From a virus (taxonomy: Duplodnaviria; Caudoviricetes): a stretch of 64,000 nt of DNA. A model generated the notes under the pieces. The model saw nothing but the letters and a program-made list of their open reading frames with translations, had not been told where the DNA came from and did no database searches. The position numbers and the translations under genes are program-made. Where the stretch lies: IMG/VR virus record IMGVR_UViG_3300031760_000022, positions 24,323 through 88,322 of that record; one strand, written 5' to 3'. Shown piece after piece: positions 17,671-28,601 of this stretch (position 1 is the first letter of the stretch; each line of letters begins with the position of its first letter).

Positions 17671-20532
17671 AATGAAGTCTCAAATAACTTTTCCGTTTCA
17701 TCCGCAGATTTGGCTACAAATATTGGCAAGGCTTCTGCGGCCTTGGCTATTGGCGGGGTAGAATACGAACAGGCACTCGGGATGATGACCGCTATAACCG
17801 AAATCCAGCGTAGTGGAGCTAAAGCGGCAAGAGGTCTTGTTTCAATTCAGTCTCGGTATAATCAAATTTTGGATGATACTTCTTCTACTGGACAAAAACT
17901 AATTGCTTTTTATGATGAACATAGTATTCAGCTTTATGACCAAGAAGGGCAATTACGTTCACTTTGGGAAACTCTTTCTGACGTGGCTAAAATTTGGGAC
18001 ACATTGGATGAAAACGAACAAAAATACTTTTTAAATATTCAAGCTGGCGCTAATCAATCGGTGCAGTTGGGTGCATTGATGGGGAATTTCCAAACTGCTA
18101 TTGAAGCAACCGAAACTGCTCTAAATTCTGCGGGTTCAGCCATGCACGAAAACGAAAGTTATATGCAGAGCTTGAACGCTCGCACAGATTTACTTAAATC
18201 AACTTTTCAAACCCTAGCAAATGATGTTATCCCTAAAGAACTTATAGCCAAAGGATTGGATGTATCAGATAAATTCCTAAAACTTCTTGATACTGATTTA
18301 GGTGTTGTTCTTACTAGAATTACAATGCTTACTGGAATAGGCTGGGGATTTAGTAGTTTAGCTAGCGCTTCTAAAATTTTACCAACTATTGTTTCACAGT
18401 TTGGTAATTTTGCAAAACTTTTAAGCGGAGCCGCCATAACAATTCCAGATGCCGCCGCTAAAGTTGGTGGATTGACAAAAGCAATGGCGGTATTTCAATC
18501 TACTGCGCTTCCCGTAATAGGAATTTTAGCGGCTTTAGGGGTTGGTATTTATAGTCTTTGGGAAAGAGCGAAAGATACTGTATCGCCCATTGACCAATTA
18601 TCTGGTTCTTTAATACAACTAAATCAAACTTTAGATTCTTCAGAACAAGCTATTGACAAAACTAAAACTACTGTTGAAGCAACTTCAAATGTCGCAGAAC
18701 AATATATTCAAAGACTTGAAGAATTAGATAAACAAAGTTCTTTAACATCACAGCAACAGCAAGAATATCACAGTATTTTAGAAAGCTTAAAATCTACAAT
18801 ACCTTCTGTTTCTGGACTGATTGATACTCAAACTAATAGTATTATTGGTGGTACAAAGGCTCTTAGAGAGCAAATTCAAGCGTGGAAAGAATTATCAATT
18901 CAACAGGCTTATCAAGATAGACTTACTGAAGCCTATAAAAAATATGCTGATGCTCAAATTGAATATGAACAACGTAAACTAGAATTACAAGAAGTTCAAA
19001 CGCAAAGAAGCGAAGCAGAAAATTTACTTACTCAATCGGTTGCAAAAAGAAATCAATTGTTAGCCGCGCTAGATGCCACTACCAATAAAGCAGAAAGACA
19101 AACAATAGGCGCACAAATTGGATATTATCAAAATATTATAGATGAACAACAAAAATTGTTTATGTCTTTGGGCGCTGAAAAAATCCCTTATACTCAGGCG
19201 CTTTCAGAATTTGAAGCTGGATTAGAATCTGCTAAAGAAGAAATAGATAAAACAGAAAAGGCTATTTTAAGTTTAACTTCTAGTTTTGCTTCTGTAACTC
19301 CCGAAGAAGTAGGAAAAGCCATAGAAGAAACTGTAGATGAAACTGTAGTAGGTGGCGATACTGGCGTTGTGGGTGGGGGTTCAATTACTTCTGCCGCAAC
19401 AGAGGAAAAGAAACAAACTGTCCGTGATATTATAAATTCTTATCTTGATGGTTCAGAAACTTATATTAACCTTCTTGAAAGTCAATATGAATTATTAACT
19501 TTACAAGGTGCTTCTGAAGAAGATATACTTGCTAAAATAAAAGAAATACAAGATAATCGTCATAAAGAAGCAGAAATTTTAAGAGTAATATTAAATAATG
19601 CTGAATCTTTAAGTCTTACTACAGACGATATTTATGAAATTGAAACACAAATAAATGAATGTAGCATCGACTGGTGGAATTGGCAAAATAAAATCAACAA
19701 CCTTCTTAAAGACGCTGAAACAAGTACAGAAAATATTGAAGAAAATGTTGATGATATTTATACTCGGTATGAAGAAGGTATTGCAAAACTAAGGGAAGAA
19801 GAAAGAGAACGTGCCGCCAATTATAAAGATGATGAAACTTATCAATATTGGAATCTTCAAATTCAACTAATTGATGAATATATTGCACAACTTCAAAAAT
19901 CTAATGAGCAATTAAATGAACAACTTAAACTTCAAGAAAAATTAGATAATTTAGCTAGGGCTAAAGAATCTAGGTTGTTGGTCTATAAAGATGGTACTTA
20001 TCAATATATAGAAGATGTTGATGCAGTTTCTAAAGCCGCAAGAGAATTGAGTGATGTTCAAAGAGAACAAGCGTTAGCTAAGACAATAGAAGATTTGGAA
20101 TATACCAAGTCAGCTTATCAAGCTATGGCGGGTGCTGTTGAAGAAGGTAAATTGGGTTCTCCTTCTTGGGCCAATACTTATCTTAGAAAATTAGATAGAC
20201 AAGGCGGTTGGCAAGAAGTATTTGGTTATCCGGGTTATGCGCAAGGTACGACAAATGCTATTGGTGGTTTATCTTTAGTTGGTGAAAAGGGCGCAGAATT
20301 AAGAATATTGAATAAAGGTGATGGTATTCTTCCTTCTAATCTGACAGAAAACCTTATGCGCTGGGGACAAATGACTCCTAATCAGTTTAAGTCTAATTCT
20401 ATTGGTGGTTTTGGTAATAATATGGCAGTTACAATTCAGGCATTAAATCTTCCAAATGTATCTAATGGTGCTGATTTTGTGAATTATATTAAAAATCATA
20501 TGTTTGGACAGGTGTTAAATTTAGTTCATTAA
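17671..20532 (+). CDS. Tape measure protein, exon 2; spliced product about 1124 aa
   Basis: Long helical A/Q/E-rich ORF in frame with 17710..20532; C-terminal YAQGT..LVGEKGAELR motif. Confidence 0.88.
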   Translation, partial: NEVSNNFSVSSADLATNIGKASAALAIGGVEYEQALGMMTAITEIQRSGAKAARGLVSIQSRYNQILDDTSSTGQKLIAFYDEHSIQLYDQEGQLRSLWETLSDVAKIWDTLDENEQKYFLNIQAGANQSVQLGALMGNFQTAIEATETALNSAGSAMHENESYMQSLNARTDLLKSTFQTLANDVIPKELIAKGLDVSDKFLKLLDTDLGVVLTRITMLTGIGWGFSSLASASKILPTIVSQFGNFAKLLSGAAITIPDAAAKVGGLTKAMAVFQSTALPVIGILAALGVGIYSLWERAKDTVSPIDQLSGSLIQLNQTLDSSEQAIDKTKTTVEATSNVAEQYIQRLEELDKQSSLTSQQQQEYHSILESLKSTIPSVSGLIDTQTNSIIGGTKALREQIQAWKELSIQQAYQDRLTEAYKKYADAQIEYEQRKLELQEVQTQRSEAENLLTQSVAKRNQLLAALDATTNKAERQTIGAQIGYYQNIIDEQQKLFMSLGAEKIPYTQALSEFEAGLESAKEEIDKTEKAILSLTSSFASVTPEEVGKAIEETVDETVVGGDTGVVGGGSITSAATEEKKQTVRDIINSYLDGSETYINLLESQYELLTLQGASEEDILAKIKEIQDNRHKEAEILRVILNNAESLSLTTDDIYEIETQINECSIDWWNWQNKINNLLKDAETSTENIEENVDDIYTRYEEGIAKLREEERERAANYKDDETYQYWNLQIQLIDEYIAQLQKSNEQLNEQLKLQEKLDNLARAKESRLLVYKDGTYQYIEDVDAVSKAARELSDVQREQALAKTIEDLEYTKSAYQAMAGAVEEGKLGSPSWANTYLRKLDRQGGWQEVFGYPGYAQGTTNAIGGLSLVGEKGAELRILNKGDGILPSNLTENLMRWGQMTPNQFKSNSIGGFGNNMAVTIQALNLPNVSNGADFVNYIKNHMFGQVLNLVH

Positions 20533-20537
20533 GTATA

Positions 20538-20568
20538 TAATAGGGAAGGTTTTATACCTTCCCTATTA
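20538..20568 (+). terminator. Hairpin after TMP gene
   Basis: 13-bp stem TAATAGGGAAGGT/ACCTTCCCTATTA; weak T-tract. Confidence 0.55.
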
Positions 20569-20610
20569 AGTTACCTAGTGGAAAGAATCTAAAGAAAGGA
20601 AGTTAATGTA

Positions 20611-22035
20611 ATGGCATATGTAAATTTTACAGCTTCCGAATTAAATGTAGTAAAACAAAGAATACAACAAAAATATGCAAAAATAGAATTATTAAATAGT
20701 GATTTTCAAGTGGTAGATAGTTTAGAAGGTGTTACTTTAAATGGTTCTACAACTATTGATGCCAATTCTGATATGCGTAGGAATGCTACTGTTAAATTCG
20801 TAATTACTAATAATGATTTTGAAGTGGAATCTGGCGGTAAAATTTGGTTAGACAAGTATATTTGTTTATATTTAGGGACATTTTCTTTACAAGAAAATCA
20901 AATAATATATACAAAAATTGGGACATTTGTTTTGGACGCGCCAACCTATGAATATGATGTAACTAATAATGCTGTTCAAGTTAATTTATTAGACCTTATG
21001 TGTAAGTTATCAGGTATGAGAAATGGATATTTGCCGGGTGTTCCTGTTATGATTCCTGCTGGAACAAACATTAGAAGTGCTATGATTAGTATGTTGGCGT
21101 TGGGTGGTTTTACAAAATATATATGCGAAGAAGCTCCGGGGCCACTTCCTACTGATTTAAGTTTTAATCAGGGTGTTACTATTTATAATATATTGTCTGC
21201 TTTAAGAGATATATATCCCAATTATGAAATTTATTTTGATGTTGATGGGGTTTTTCATTATAATAAAATTCCAACTGGTGAAAATGAACCCATCCAAATA
21301 GATGATGCTTTATGGGAAGATATTGTCATTTCAGAAAATATAACTGTTGATTTTCAAAATGTAAAAAATTATATAGAAGTATATGGAAGAACACATGACC
21401 CTGAATATTTTGCTGATACTGTTACCATAAATGGAAATGATATTACTTTAACTGGCGAAGGTATAGCTGGATATGTAGATGGGGTTATTACTGGTTTTGT
21501 TTTACAAAACAATAATAATATAAGTTCACCAAGGTTAAGAATTAATACTGGCAATTATTATAATGTTTTGTTAAGTAATATGACTCCAGCTTTTATTCCA
21601 AGTGGTGATTCAGTTTATTATTGTGTTCAATATGTAGAAAACAATGGTTCACCTTATTGGCGGTGGTTAGGTCATTTACAAGCATTTGCTGAAGCTAAAG
21701 ACGAAAATCCTGAAAGCCCATTTTATATAAATGGTTCTGTTGGAATAATTAGACTTCCTTTGTATGGGGGCGATTATGATAATTGTGTAACAGACGAATT
21801 AGCTTTAGCAAGAGCTAAATATGAATTATATTTACATTCTCAAATGCAAAACAGTTTATCTTTGTCTTGTGTTTCTGTTCCTTGGTTAGATGTAAACACC
21901 TTAGTTGAATATACTTCGCAAAGAACAGGTGAAACAGCACAATATATTATTAAAAATATTAGTTATGGTTTTGATGTTGATGACCACATGGAAATAAAAA
22001 TGATTAAATTTTTCCCGGCTTATCCAATATTTTAA
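20611..22035 (+). CDS. Putative baseplate hub/tail protein
   Basis: 474 aa after TMP; EIYFDVDGVFHY motif typical of hub proteins. Confidence 0.6.
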   Translation: MAYVNFTASELNVVKQRIQQKYAKIELLNSDFQVVDSLEGVTLNGSTTIDANSDMRRNATVKFVITNNDFEVESGGKIWLDKYICLYLGTFSLQENQIIYTKIGTFVLDAPTYEYDVTNNAVQVNLLDLMCKLSGMRNGYLPGVPVMIPAGTNIRSAMISMLALGGFTKYICEEAPGPLPTDLSFNQGVTIYNILSALRDIYPNYEIYFDVDGVFHYNKIPTGENEPIQIDDALWEDIVISENITVDFQNVKNYIEVYGRTHDPEYFADTVTINGNDITLTGEGIAGYVDGVITGFVLQNNNNISSPRLRINTGNYYNVLLSNMTPAFIPSGDSVYYCVQYVENNGSPYWRWLGHLQAFAEAKDENPESPFYINGSVGIIRLPLYGGDYDNCVTDELALARAKYELYLHSQMQNSLSLSCVSVPWLDVNTLVEYTSQRTGETAQYIIKNISYGFDVDDHMEIKMIKFFPAYPIF

Positions 22036-22051
22036 GAAAGGGGTGGAATAA

Positions 22052-23140
22052 TTGGCATTAACAAAACCTATTTTAAATTCAGTAGTTTCTTGGGATGTAA
22101 GTTTGGGGCAAACTTTTACATTCAATGTTATTGGTGGTGACCAAGTTGTTGGCAATACTTTATATATTATAAACAATGCTACCAATGCAGTTGTTTATAC
22201 ATTAAACACCACTTCTTATCAATATAGGGCCATTGTTCCTCCGAATGCTTCTGGATTAACAAACGGGACTTATTATAGTGCGTATATTGTAACGAAAAAT
22301 AGTTCTAACCAAACTTCGGTTGCTTCTAATACAATTCAATTTTATTGTTATACTATTCCCACTTGGAATTTTAGTAATATTTCTTCGGGCGCTACAGTAA
22401 ATAATTCTTCTATCAATCCTACTTTATATTACAATCAAATTCAAGGGGAAGCCCTTGCTGATTATACTATTAATTTATATGATAGTGGCAGAAATTTACT
22501 ATCTACAAGTGGTGTAAAATATACAGGTTCTTCAGCTTCTACGCAAAATGTTTCTTTTGCGTTTTATGGGTTGGAAGATAATACTGCTTACTTTGTTGAA
22601 GGAATTGGACATACAACTGGCGGCACTTTATTAAATACTGGTTTAATTGGATTTACTGTAAGTTATATTGCGCCTGAATCTTTTAATGTTTTAGTTGTGC
22701 AAAATAATTGTGAAGAAGGATATGTTACTTATTATTCTTTGGCTTATATAAATGAAGGAAGTAGTAATCCTTTTCCCCCAAATTATTACACCCATCAAGG
22801 GGAAACAGGTGTAGATTTAAGGGCTGAAGGAAGTTGGGTAAAATGGGATTCTAGTAATAGTAATTTTATAATCCCACAAAATTTTACATTAAAGGCTTGG
22901 GTGTTAAATCCAAATATAAATACAAATTTAATTACTTTGTCAAATGGTGTTGATAATATAAATATTTGGTATGGTTATTATCTTTCTGACTATAGTAAAG
23001 TAATTGTTTCTTTAAGTGTAAATGATAATCAGTATTTTGCTTACAGTAATTTAATTGATACTCCTGCAACAAATCAAGAATTGTGTATTCAAATTAGAAA
23101 AATAAATAATCTTTATGAAATAATTTTGGGGGTGGTTTGA
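22052..23140 (+). CDS. Tail protein with fibronectin III-like repeats
   Basis: LEDNTAYFVEGIG / LTNGTYYSAYIV FN3-like strands. Confidence 0.55.
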   Translation: MALTKPILNSVVSWDVSLGQTFTFNVIGGDQVVGNTLYIINNATNAVVYTLNTTSYQYRAIVPPNASGLTNGTYYSAYIVTKNSSNQTSVASNTIQFYCYTIPTWNFSNISSGATVNNSSINPTLYYNQIQGEALADYTINLYDSGRNLLSTSGVKYTGSSASTQNVSFAFYGLEDNTAYFVEGIGHTTGGTLLNTGLIGFTVSYIAPESFNVLVVQNNCEEGYVTYYSLAYINEGSSNPFPPNYYTHQGETGVDLRAEGSWVKWDSSNSNFIIPQNFTLKAWVLNPNINTNLITLSNGVDNINIWYGYYLSDYSKVIVSLSVNDNQYFAYSNLIDTPATNQELCIQIRKINNLYEIILGVV

Positions 23141-24048
23141 TGTTGCAGTTTGTTAATTATAACTTTTTAATGGACGGGAATGCACTTGACCCATACCCCA
23201 CAAACATAGAAAAATTAGATTCTGTAAAAATAGAAAATGCCGTATATAATGATTTGCTTGTAACAGAAGATATAACAAGTGCTTTCAGCACGGAAGTTCC
23301 TGAAGGTTGGGATATTTATACTATTTTATTAGCAACTTTCAATAATACTTTACAAGCTGGCAGTATTGATTATTCTTTAAACGATATTGATTATATTAGA
23401 ATTAAACGGCGTAAATATGGGGATTTTGATTGGGAAACTATTTTTGAACAGAAAATAGAAACTTTACAAGATTTAGTGTTTTCTGGCGAAGATTATTTTG
23501 CAATGAATGAAACTGAATATGAATATGCTTGGGTTCCTGTTTTATCTGGTACTGAAGGTAATTATATTACCCAACAGATAGAAAGTAAATTTAGAGGGGT
23601 TTATATTGCAGATACAGATACAATTTATAAAATGTCTGCTGGAGTAAGTTATGGCCCAAGTGAACAAACACAGTTGGTAGCAATTTATAATCCTTTGGGC
23701 AAACAATATCCTATTTATGTTTCTAATGGTGCAACCAATTATCAAACTGGGTCTGTTACTGCTAAAATTATAGGCAATTATGAAGATACCCATGAATTTA
23801 ATAGAAAAGAAATGGTGCAACAAAAGAACGCTATGTTAAAATGGCTGACTAATAAAAGGGCAAAAATATTAAAAGATTTTAATGGTAATATATGGTTGAT
23901 TTATATTACTGGTTCTCCTTCTGTTTCTTACGATGCCCAATGGGGAAATGGTATGATGGAAATTTCTTTCCAATACGGAGAAATCGGTGATGCTAATAAT
24001 GGTGATGATATGAGAAATGTTGGCCTTTGGCCCACAGTAGAAAATTAA
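23137..24048 (+). CDS. Tail/baseplate protein
   Basis: 303 aa; FN3-like IRIKRRKYGDFDW..NETEYEYAWVPV. Confidence 0.55.
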   Translation: MMLQFVNYNFLMDGNALDPYPTNIEKLDSVKIENAVYNDLLVTEDITSAFSTEVPEGWDIYTILLATFNNTLQAGSIDYSLNDIDYIRIKRRKYGDFDWETIFEQKIETLQDLVFSGEDYFAMNETEYEYAWVPVLSGTEGNYITQQIESKFRGVYIADTDTIYKMSAGVSYGPSEQTQLVAIYNPLGKQYPIYVSNGATNYQTGSVTAKIIGNYEDTHEFNRKEMVQQKNAMLKWLTNKRAKILKDFNGNIWLIYITGSPSVSYDAQWGNGMMEISFQYGEIGDANNGDDMRNVGLWPTVEN

Positions 24049-24062
24049 AAGGGAGTGATATA

Positions 24063-24380
24063 ATGGCATTTCCTGATACGATTGTAAATTTCCCCACGAT
24101 GCAAAATATTACTGCATCCGATGGGGTTTTAATTGCACAATATCAACAGGCTATGTTGAATCAAGATACTACTTTGGCACTTGAAATTCTGTCTAAAATA
24201 AGTAATTATACGCAAAAGATTATTACCGCATCTTATCTTAATTCTATTGGAACTACAGTAAAGGCATTGGAACTTTATTATTTAGAAAAATATAGTCCCG
24301 CTATTGTGGTTTCTAGTACACAACCTGTTCATCAAGGAAAAACAGACTTGTGGTTTCAAATAACAGGAACTAATACATGA
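24063..24380 (+). CDS. Hypothetical baseplate protein
   Basis: GGGAG RBS, ATG 24063; C-terminal QP..KTDLWF motif. Confidence 0.55.
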   Translation: MAFPDTIVNFPTMQNITASDGVLIAQYQQAMLNQDTTLALEILSKISNYTQKIITASYLNSIGTTVKALELYYLEKYSPAIVVSSTQPVHQGKTDLWFQITGTNT

Positions 24381-25303
24381 GCTTAGAATTATTACAAGAT
24401 ATTCATCTTTCAGATGATGGTTTTTGGACAGATTTTCAATATTATTGGAAAAATGGAAGTTACACTAGGGCTTTACAAATATTAGAAGAAAATCAAGAAC
24501 TTGTGACTAAATATGTTACTGCCGAATGGTTTAATGCTTTGACAGCATTTGTTTATCAATTAGAAACTTTACCAGATGATTTTAATAAAAAGCAAATAAA
24601 AGTTTCTTATTTGCCACCTGATTTAGAAGTTGGGGATATTTGGTTTCAATTGGAATTGGGTGAAATAAATATTGATGTGGGAATGTACATAATTCCTGTT
24701 GGTTCAACTTCTGTTGTGGCAACTTATTCTAACACTTTAATAAATGCCGTAGCATTTAAGAATAATGAAGAAGTCTTGGTGAATCAGGTTGTTGATGAAA
24801 CCAATCATTCTGTTACTTTTTCTGTTGGAGAATCTTTGGATTATCCTGTGATTTGTATGGTTTACAGTACAAATAATTCTCATTTAGTAGTTAATGTTGT
24901 GTCTGAATCTTCTGAAATAAATAGTTTTACTATTCCTTATAGTGGCGCTTTGTTATCGGTGATGTATTTAGACCAATCTAACAACAGAAACATGGTAAAC
25001 TTAACTATTGACAATGCCAATGTAGGATTTTCTTTGTCTGAAAATACTAGTGCTGTTACAAAAGGTAGAGTTGTATATATTCCAGTTGCATATTTGTCTG
25101 AAATATTAAACGTAAGTTCTAGTAGTTTTAGCAATACTTCTTCCACTTTGTTGTGTGATGGATATATGGTAAATTGTTTTGTTGTTAATAATTCAGACAA
25201 TAGTGTTGTTTTAACCGATGTAACTTTTAGTTTGAATAATGCAATTATTGGGGTTCCACAAAATACAAATCTTTCTTTGAATTGTACTTTATACTATACC
25301 TAA
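24377..25303 (+). CDS. Baseplate/fibre protein with three tandem beta-rich modules
   Basis: N-terminal part with PPDLEVGDIWF followed by about 55-aa repeats. Confidence 0.55.
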   Translation: MSLELLQDIHLSDDGFWTDFQYYWKNGSYTRALQILEENQELVTKYVTAEWFNALTAFVYQLETLPDDFNKKQIKVSYLPPDLEVGDIWFQLELGEINIDVGMYIIPVGSTSVVATYSNTLINAVAFKNNEEVLVNQVVDETNHSVTFSVGESLDYPVICMVYSTNNSHLVVNVVSESSEINSFTIPYSGALLSVMYLDQSNNRNMVNLTIDNANVGFSLSENTSAVTKGRVVYIPVAYLSEILNVSSSSFSNTSSTLLCDGYMVNCFVVNNSDNSVVLTDVTFSLNNAIIGVPQNTNLSLNCTLYYT

Positions 25304-25315
25304 AGGGGTGATACA

Positions 25316-25804
25316 ATGGCAAATTATGATATTACAATGAAACAATATAATGGTAGCGGATATGATAGTTTATATCCTAAAGATATTGGTCAACAAGTGT
25401 TGTTGAATGATAGTGCTTTAAGAACTTTATTGGGAATAGCAACTTCTAATCCTAGTATAAACGATGCAATTGCACAATTAAATACCAATGCTTATAATGC
25501 TATTGAAACCGGGAATTATGTTGGAACGGGACAGGCTGGTTCCAGTCATAAAAATAGTTTAACTTTTAGTTTTGCACCTCGTTTTATTTTTATTTTGGGA
25601 AGAAATACTAATTTTTCTAGCAACATAGGTTGTATGGGACATTTGTTACCAAATGCAGAAATAGGTTTATCTGGGGAAAAAGATCTTTTAATAGTTTCCC
25701 ATAGTAATAAAACTGTTCGTTGGTATGATGCGGCTTATTCCCCCTCTTCTTTGACACAATTAAATGAATCAGATAAAACTTATTATTATATCGCTTTCAA
25801 ATAA
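25316..25804 (+). CDS. Putative tail fibre protein
   Basis: GNYVGTG..NSLTFSF..QLNESDKTYYYIAF terminal domain. Confidence 0.5.
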   Translation: MANYDITMKQYNGSGYDSLYPKDIGQQVLLNDSALRTLLGIATSNPSINDAIAQLNTNAYNAIETGNYVGTGQAGSSHKNSLTFSFAPRFIFILGRNTNFSSNIGCMGHLLPNAEIGLSGEKDLLIVSHSNKTVRWYDAAYSPSSLTQLNESDKTYYYIAFK

Positions 25805-25818
25805 TTAGGAGATAAACA

Positions 25819-26100
25819 ATGAAATATATAAAAATAGAATCAAATCCAAATGGTAGTCACGACAATCAATTTGGCCCTGTTTATCCGGGCGAAGGTTGGG
25901 CTGTTATTCCAGAAGAAATAATAATTCCACAATCTTTTCCTTTTGTAGATATTGAAGTGGAAAATACTGTTGTGGTTTCTATGGTGGGAAAAGAAATTCC
26001 AGTTACACCAAAAGACCCTTCAACCGAAGAAATAACACTTTTAACTTTAGCAGACCACGAAGAAAGATTGTGTATGATAGAATTGGGGGTTAATGAATGA
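25819..26100 (+). CDS. Putative fibre assembly chaperone
   Basis: 93 aa after the fibre gene, ends ADHEERLCMIELG. Confidence 0.45.
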   Translation: MKYIKIESNPNGSHDNQFGPVYPGEGWAVIPEEIIIPQSFPFVDIEVENTVVVSMVGKEIPVTPKDPSTEEITLLTLADHEERLCMIELGVNE

Positions 26101-26240
26101 TTTATCAGATTTGTAAGAAGTTAATTCGAATGGGGAAAATAGAAGGATTGGCTGATAAAATTGATGTTTATTATTTAGCCGAAAGATTGACTAAAGAACA
26201 ATATGAAGAATTGATGGATTTATTGAAGGGAAATGAGTAA
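26097..26240 (+). CDS. XkdX-like small protein (47 aa, below ORF-track cutoff)
   Basis: MIYQICKKLI..KIDVYYLAERLTKEQYEEL; ATGA overlap upstream. Confidence 0.7.
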   Translation: MIYQICKKLIRMGKIEGLADKIDVYYLAERLTKEQYEELMDLLKGNE

Positions 26241-26994
26241 TTCTGCTTTGGTGGACTATACTAAAATTTCACCAAACAAAAGCACAAGAAATCATAAAAT
26301 AGATACTATCACTATTCATTGTACTGCGGCGCAATGTACGATAGAATCTTTAGGGAATTTGTTTTCCAAAACTTCCACACAATCAAGTTCTAATTATGGA
26401 ATAGATTTGAATGGAAAAATAGGTATGTTTGTGGAAGAACATCAAAGGTCTTGGTGTTCTTCCAGTCGCAGTAATGACAATAGGGCTATTACCATTGAAG
26501 TATCTAGTGATAATTTTCATCCTTATAGAGTAAAAGACGAAGCATATAAAAGTTTAATTGATTTACTTGTTGATATTTGTTTAAGAAATGATATAGAAAA
26601 GTTAGTATGGTCTTTTGATAAAAATGAAAGAATAAATCATTTGAATGGTTGCAATATGACTGTTCACAGAGATTTTGCAAATAAAGAATGTCCGGGTGAT
26701 TATTTATATAATTTGCATCCTTTAATAGCACAAGAAGTTAATGAAAGATTGGAGGATGAAAGAATGGATATTGATAAGTTTTTGAATGAAATTACAGATG
26801 AACAATTGGTAAAGTTTTATAAAAGATTAGATAAAGCGTTGTCAAAACAATCGCTTCCTTCTACTTGGAACGCAAAAGAAGAACTGCAAGAAGCTATTGA
26901 TTTAGGGATTACAGATGGGAACAATCCAATGTCTTTAACCCCAAGATACCAAACTGCAATCATGGTGAAAAGAAATGCGAAGAAAAAGAAATAA
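26233..26994 (+). CDS. Endolysin, N-acetylmuramoyl-L-alanine amidase (Amidase_2)
   Basis: ITIHCTA, SSNYGI, ITIEV, TVHRDFANKECPG zinc-amidase motifs. Confidence 0.9.
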   Translation: MSNSALVDYTKISPNKSTRNHKIDTITIHCTAAQCTIESLGNLFSKTSTQSSSNYGIDLNGKIGMFVEEHQRSWCSSSRSNDNRAITIEVSSDNFHPYRVKDEAYKSLIDLLVDICLRNDIEKLVWSFDKNERINHLNGCNMTVHRDFANKECPGDYLYNLHPLIAQEVNERLEDERMDIDKFLNEITDEQLVKFYKRLDKALSKQSLPSTWNAKEELQEAIDLGITDGNNPMSLTPRYQTAIMVKRNAKKKK

Positions 26995-27301
26995 AAAGAA
27001 AATAAAAAAGAAATTAGAATGGAGTAAAATATTTACTCTTTTGGTGGTTTTATTTGGTTTTGTGATAGCGCAAGAATGTTTGGCTATAATGGTATTTTGT
27101 ATTTGGCGTGACTTTTCTTCTACAGCCGCCTATTTAACTGCTGGCGTTGGTTTGGCTGAAGCTATTATAGGAAGCGGTTTAGCTGGATATTTAAGTCTGT
27201 GTAAAGTAGACCATCAAAGTGCAGACGGCGAAGGAATTACCTATGCTACTGCAAAGGCTAAAAATTTTCAAGAAGATATAGAAGATGAACCAAATATTTA
27301 A
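26975..27301 (+). CDS. Holin-like membrane protein
   Basis: Two hydrophobic helices; adjacent to endolysin. Confidence 0.55.
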   Translation: MRRKRNKKKIKKKLEWSKIFTLLVVLFGFVIAQECLAIMVFCIWRDFSSTAAYLTAGVGLAEAIIGSGLAGYLSLCKVDHQSADGEGITYATAKAKNFQEDIEDEPNI

Positions 27302-27313
27302 GGGGGAATAATA

Positions 27314-27628
27314 ATGGATTTTGTAAAATATATTGTTTTTTCCATTCCTGATTTTGCAATAATTGTATTTTTAATTATAGAATTGGTTAGATTTGTTAAA
27401 AAAGCGATTAAAGAAAAGAATTGGTCTGTTATATTGAAACTGCTAACAGACTATATGATGGCGGCTGAAGAAATGTTTGATTCTGGTGCTGAAAGAAAAG
27501 AATGGGTTTTGAAAATGATTGAATCTTCTGCTAAGAACATCAATTATGAATTAGATATAGAATTGATAAGTCAAAAGATTGATGAATTGTGCGCTATGAG
27601 TAAGGTCGTTAATAATGGACGAAAATAA
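27314..27628 (+). CDS. Putative holin (LL-H-like)
   Basis: N-terminal TM helix; AAEEMFDSGAERKEWV motif. Confidence 0.6.
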   Translation: MDFVKYIVFSIPDFAIIVFLIIELVRFVKKAIKEKNWSVILKLLTDYMMAAEEMFDSGAERKEWVLKMIESSAKNINYELDIELISQKIDELCAMSKVVNNGRK

Positions 27629-28082
27629 ACAAGCACTTGATGAATTAACTAGGTCTATAGAATATTTAATTGACCAAAAACTAAATCAATGCGTAAGAAT
27701 TTTTGATGGTTTTGTGTTACCAAATGGAAAAATAAGAATCAATGGGAAAGAATATTCTATAAAACAATATGGTAATTCGGCGTATGAAGCTAATAGTTGT
27801 GTAAAAGTTTTTGTTCCTGAAGGGAATATGAATTTGGCTTTTTTTATAACTAAATCTTCAGGAGAAGGTGGAAGTTCGGATATTCCAATAGCTTCTAGCG
27901 CAGTATTGGGCGGTATTAAGATAGGAAATGGTTTAACCATAGATGGAGTGGGATTATGTTCTGCGGAAGTTTCTGCAGAAGATTTAGATAATCTTGAAGA
28001 TGACATTAACACGCTGGACGCTCGTGCCACGGCGTTGGAAACGGCTCTTGACGGTCTGGTAAGCAGATTGGGGGCTATGTAA
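27615..28082 (+). CDS. Hypothetical structural protein with fibre-type repeat
   Basis: IPIASSAVLGGIKIGNGLTIDG motif. Confidence 0.55.
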   Translation: MDENKQALDELTRSIEYLIDQKLNQCVRIFDGFVLPNGKIRINGKEYSIKQYGNSAYEANSCVKVFVPEGNMNLAFFITKSSGEGGSSDIPIASSAVLGGIKIGNGLTIDGVGLCSAEVSAEDLDNLEDDINTLDARATALETALDGLVSRLGAM

Positions 28083-28510
28083 TGGCAATCACAATTATCA
28101 ACCAACCACTTACTTTTACAGGGGCTATTGGAGATACATTTGGATTTCGTGTTGACACGGAAGAACAAGCTTCAGCCTATCGGTGGCAGTATAGCGAAAA
28201 CGGAATTAGTTGGTCTAATACTGCGGCTGGGTCTGGAAATGGCAGTCGTTACACGCCGTTCCTTCATGATACAATCACGGCAAGCAGAATTGGAATGTAT
28301 TACAGATGCAGGATGACAAATCCTGAAGGAGGATATACCTATTCCGACCCCGTGCAGTTGTTGGAAGGTACTACTCCACCCGTGCAGAAACAGCTTGTGA
28401 GGCTGTGGATGGCAAAAGCCAATATCATAACTGCGATTTCAGCGAAAGGCGTGACCGTGCCAAGTAACGCAGATTTTGATGATTTTTCTGCGCTAATTGT
28501 ACAGATATGA
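28082..28510 (+). CDS. Ig-like domain protein
   Basis: IINQP..YRWQYSENG..W..YYRCRMTN Ig pattern. Confidence 0.65.
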   Translation: MAITIINQPLTFTGAIGDTFGFRVDTEEQASAYRWQYSENGISWSNTAAGSGNGSRYTPFLHDTITASRIGMYYRCRMTNPEGGYTYSDPVQLLEGTTPPVQKQLVRLWMAKANIITAISAKGVTVPSNADFDDFSALIVQI

Positions 28511-28560
28511 AAATCTTGTGCATGAAAGTAATAGGTTAGTAAAAGTATTTATTCCATAGG

Positions 28561-28583
28561 GCAATATGAATATTGCTTTTTAT
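28561..28583 (+). terminator. Possible intrinsic terminator
   Basis: GCAATAT-GA-ATATTGC followed by T-tract. Confidence 0.45.
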
Positions 28584-28601
28584 ATTTAAGGGGGAACAAA
28601 A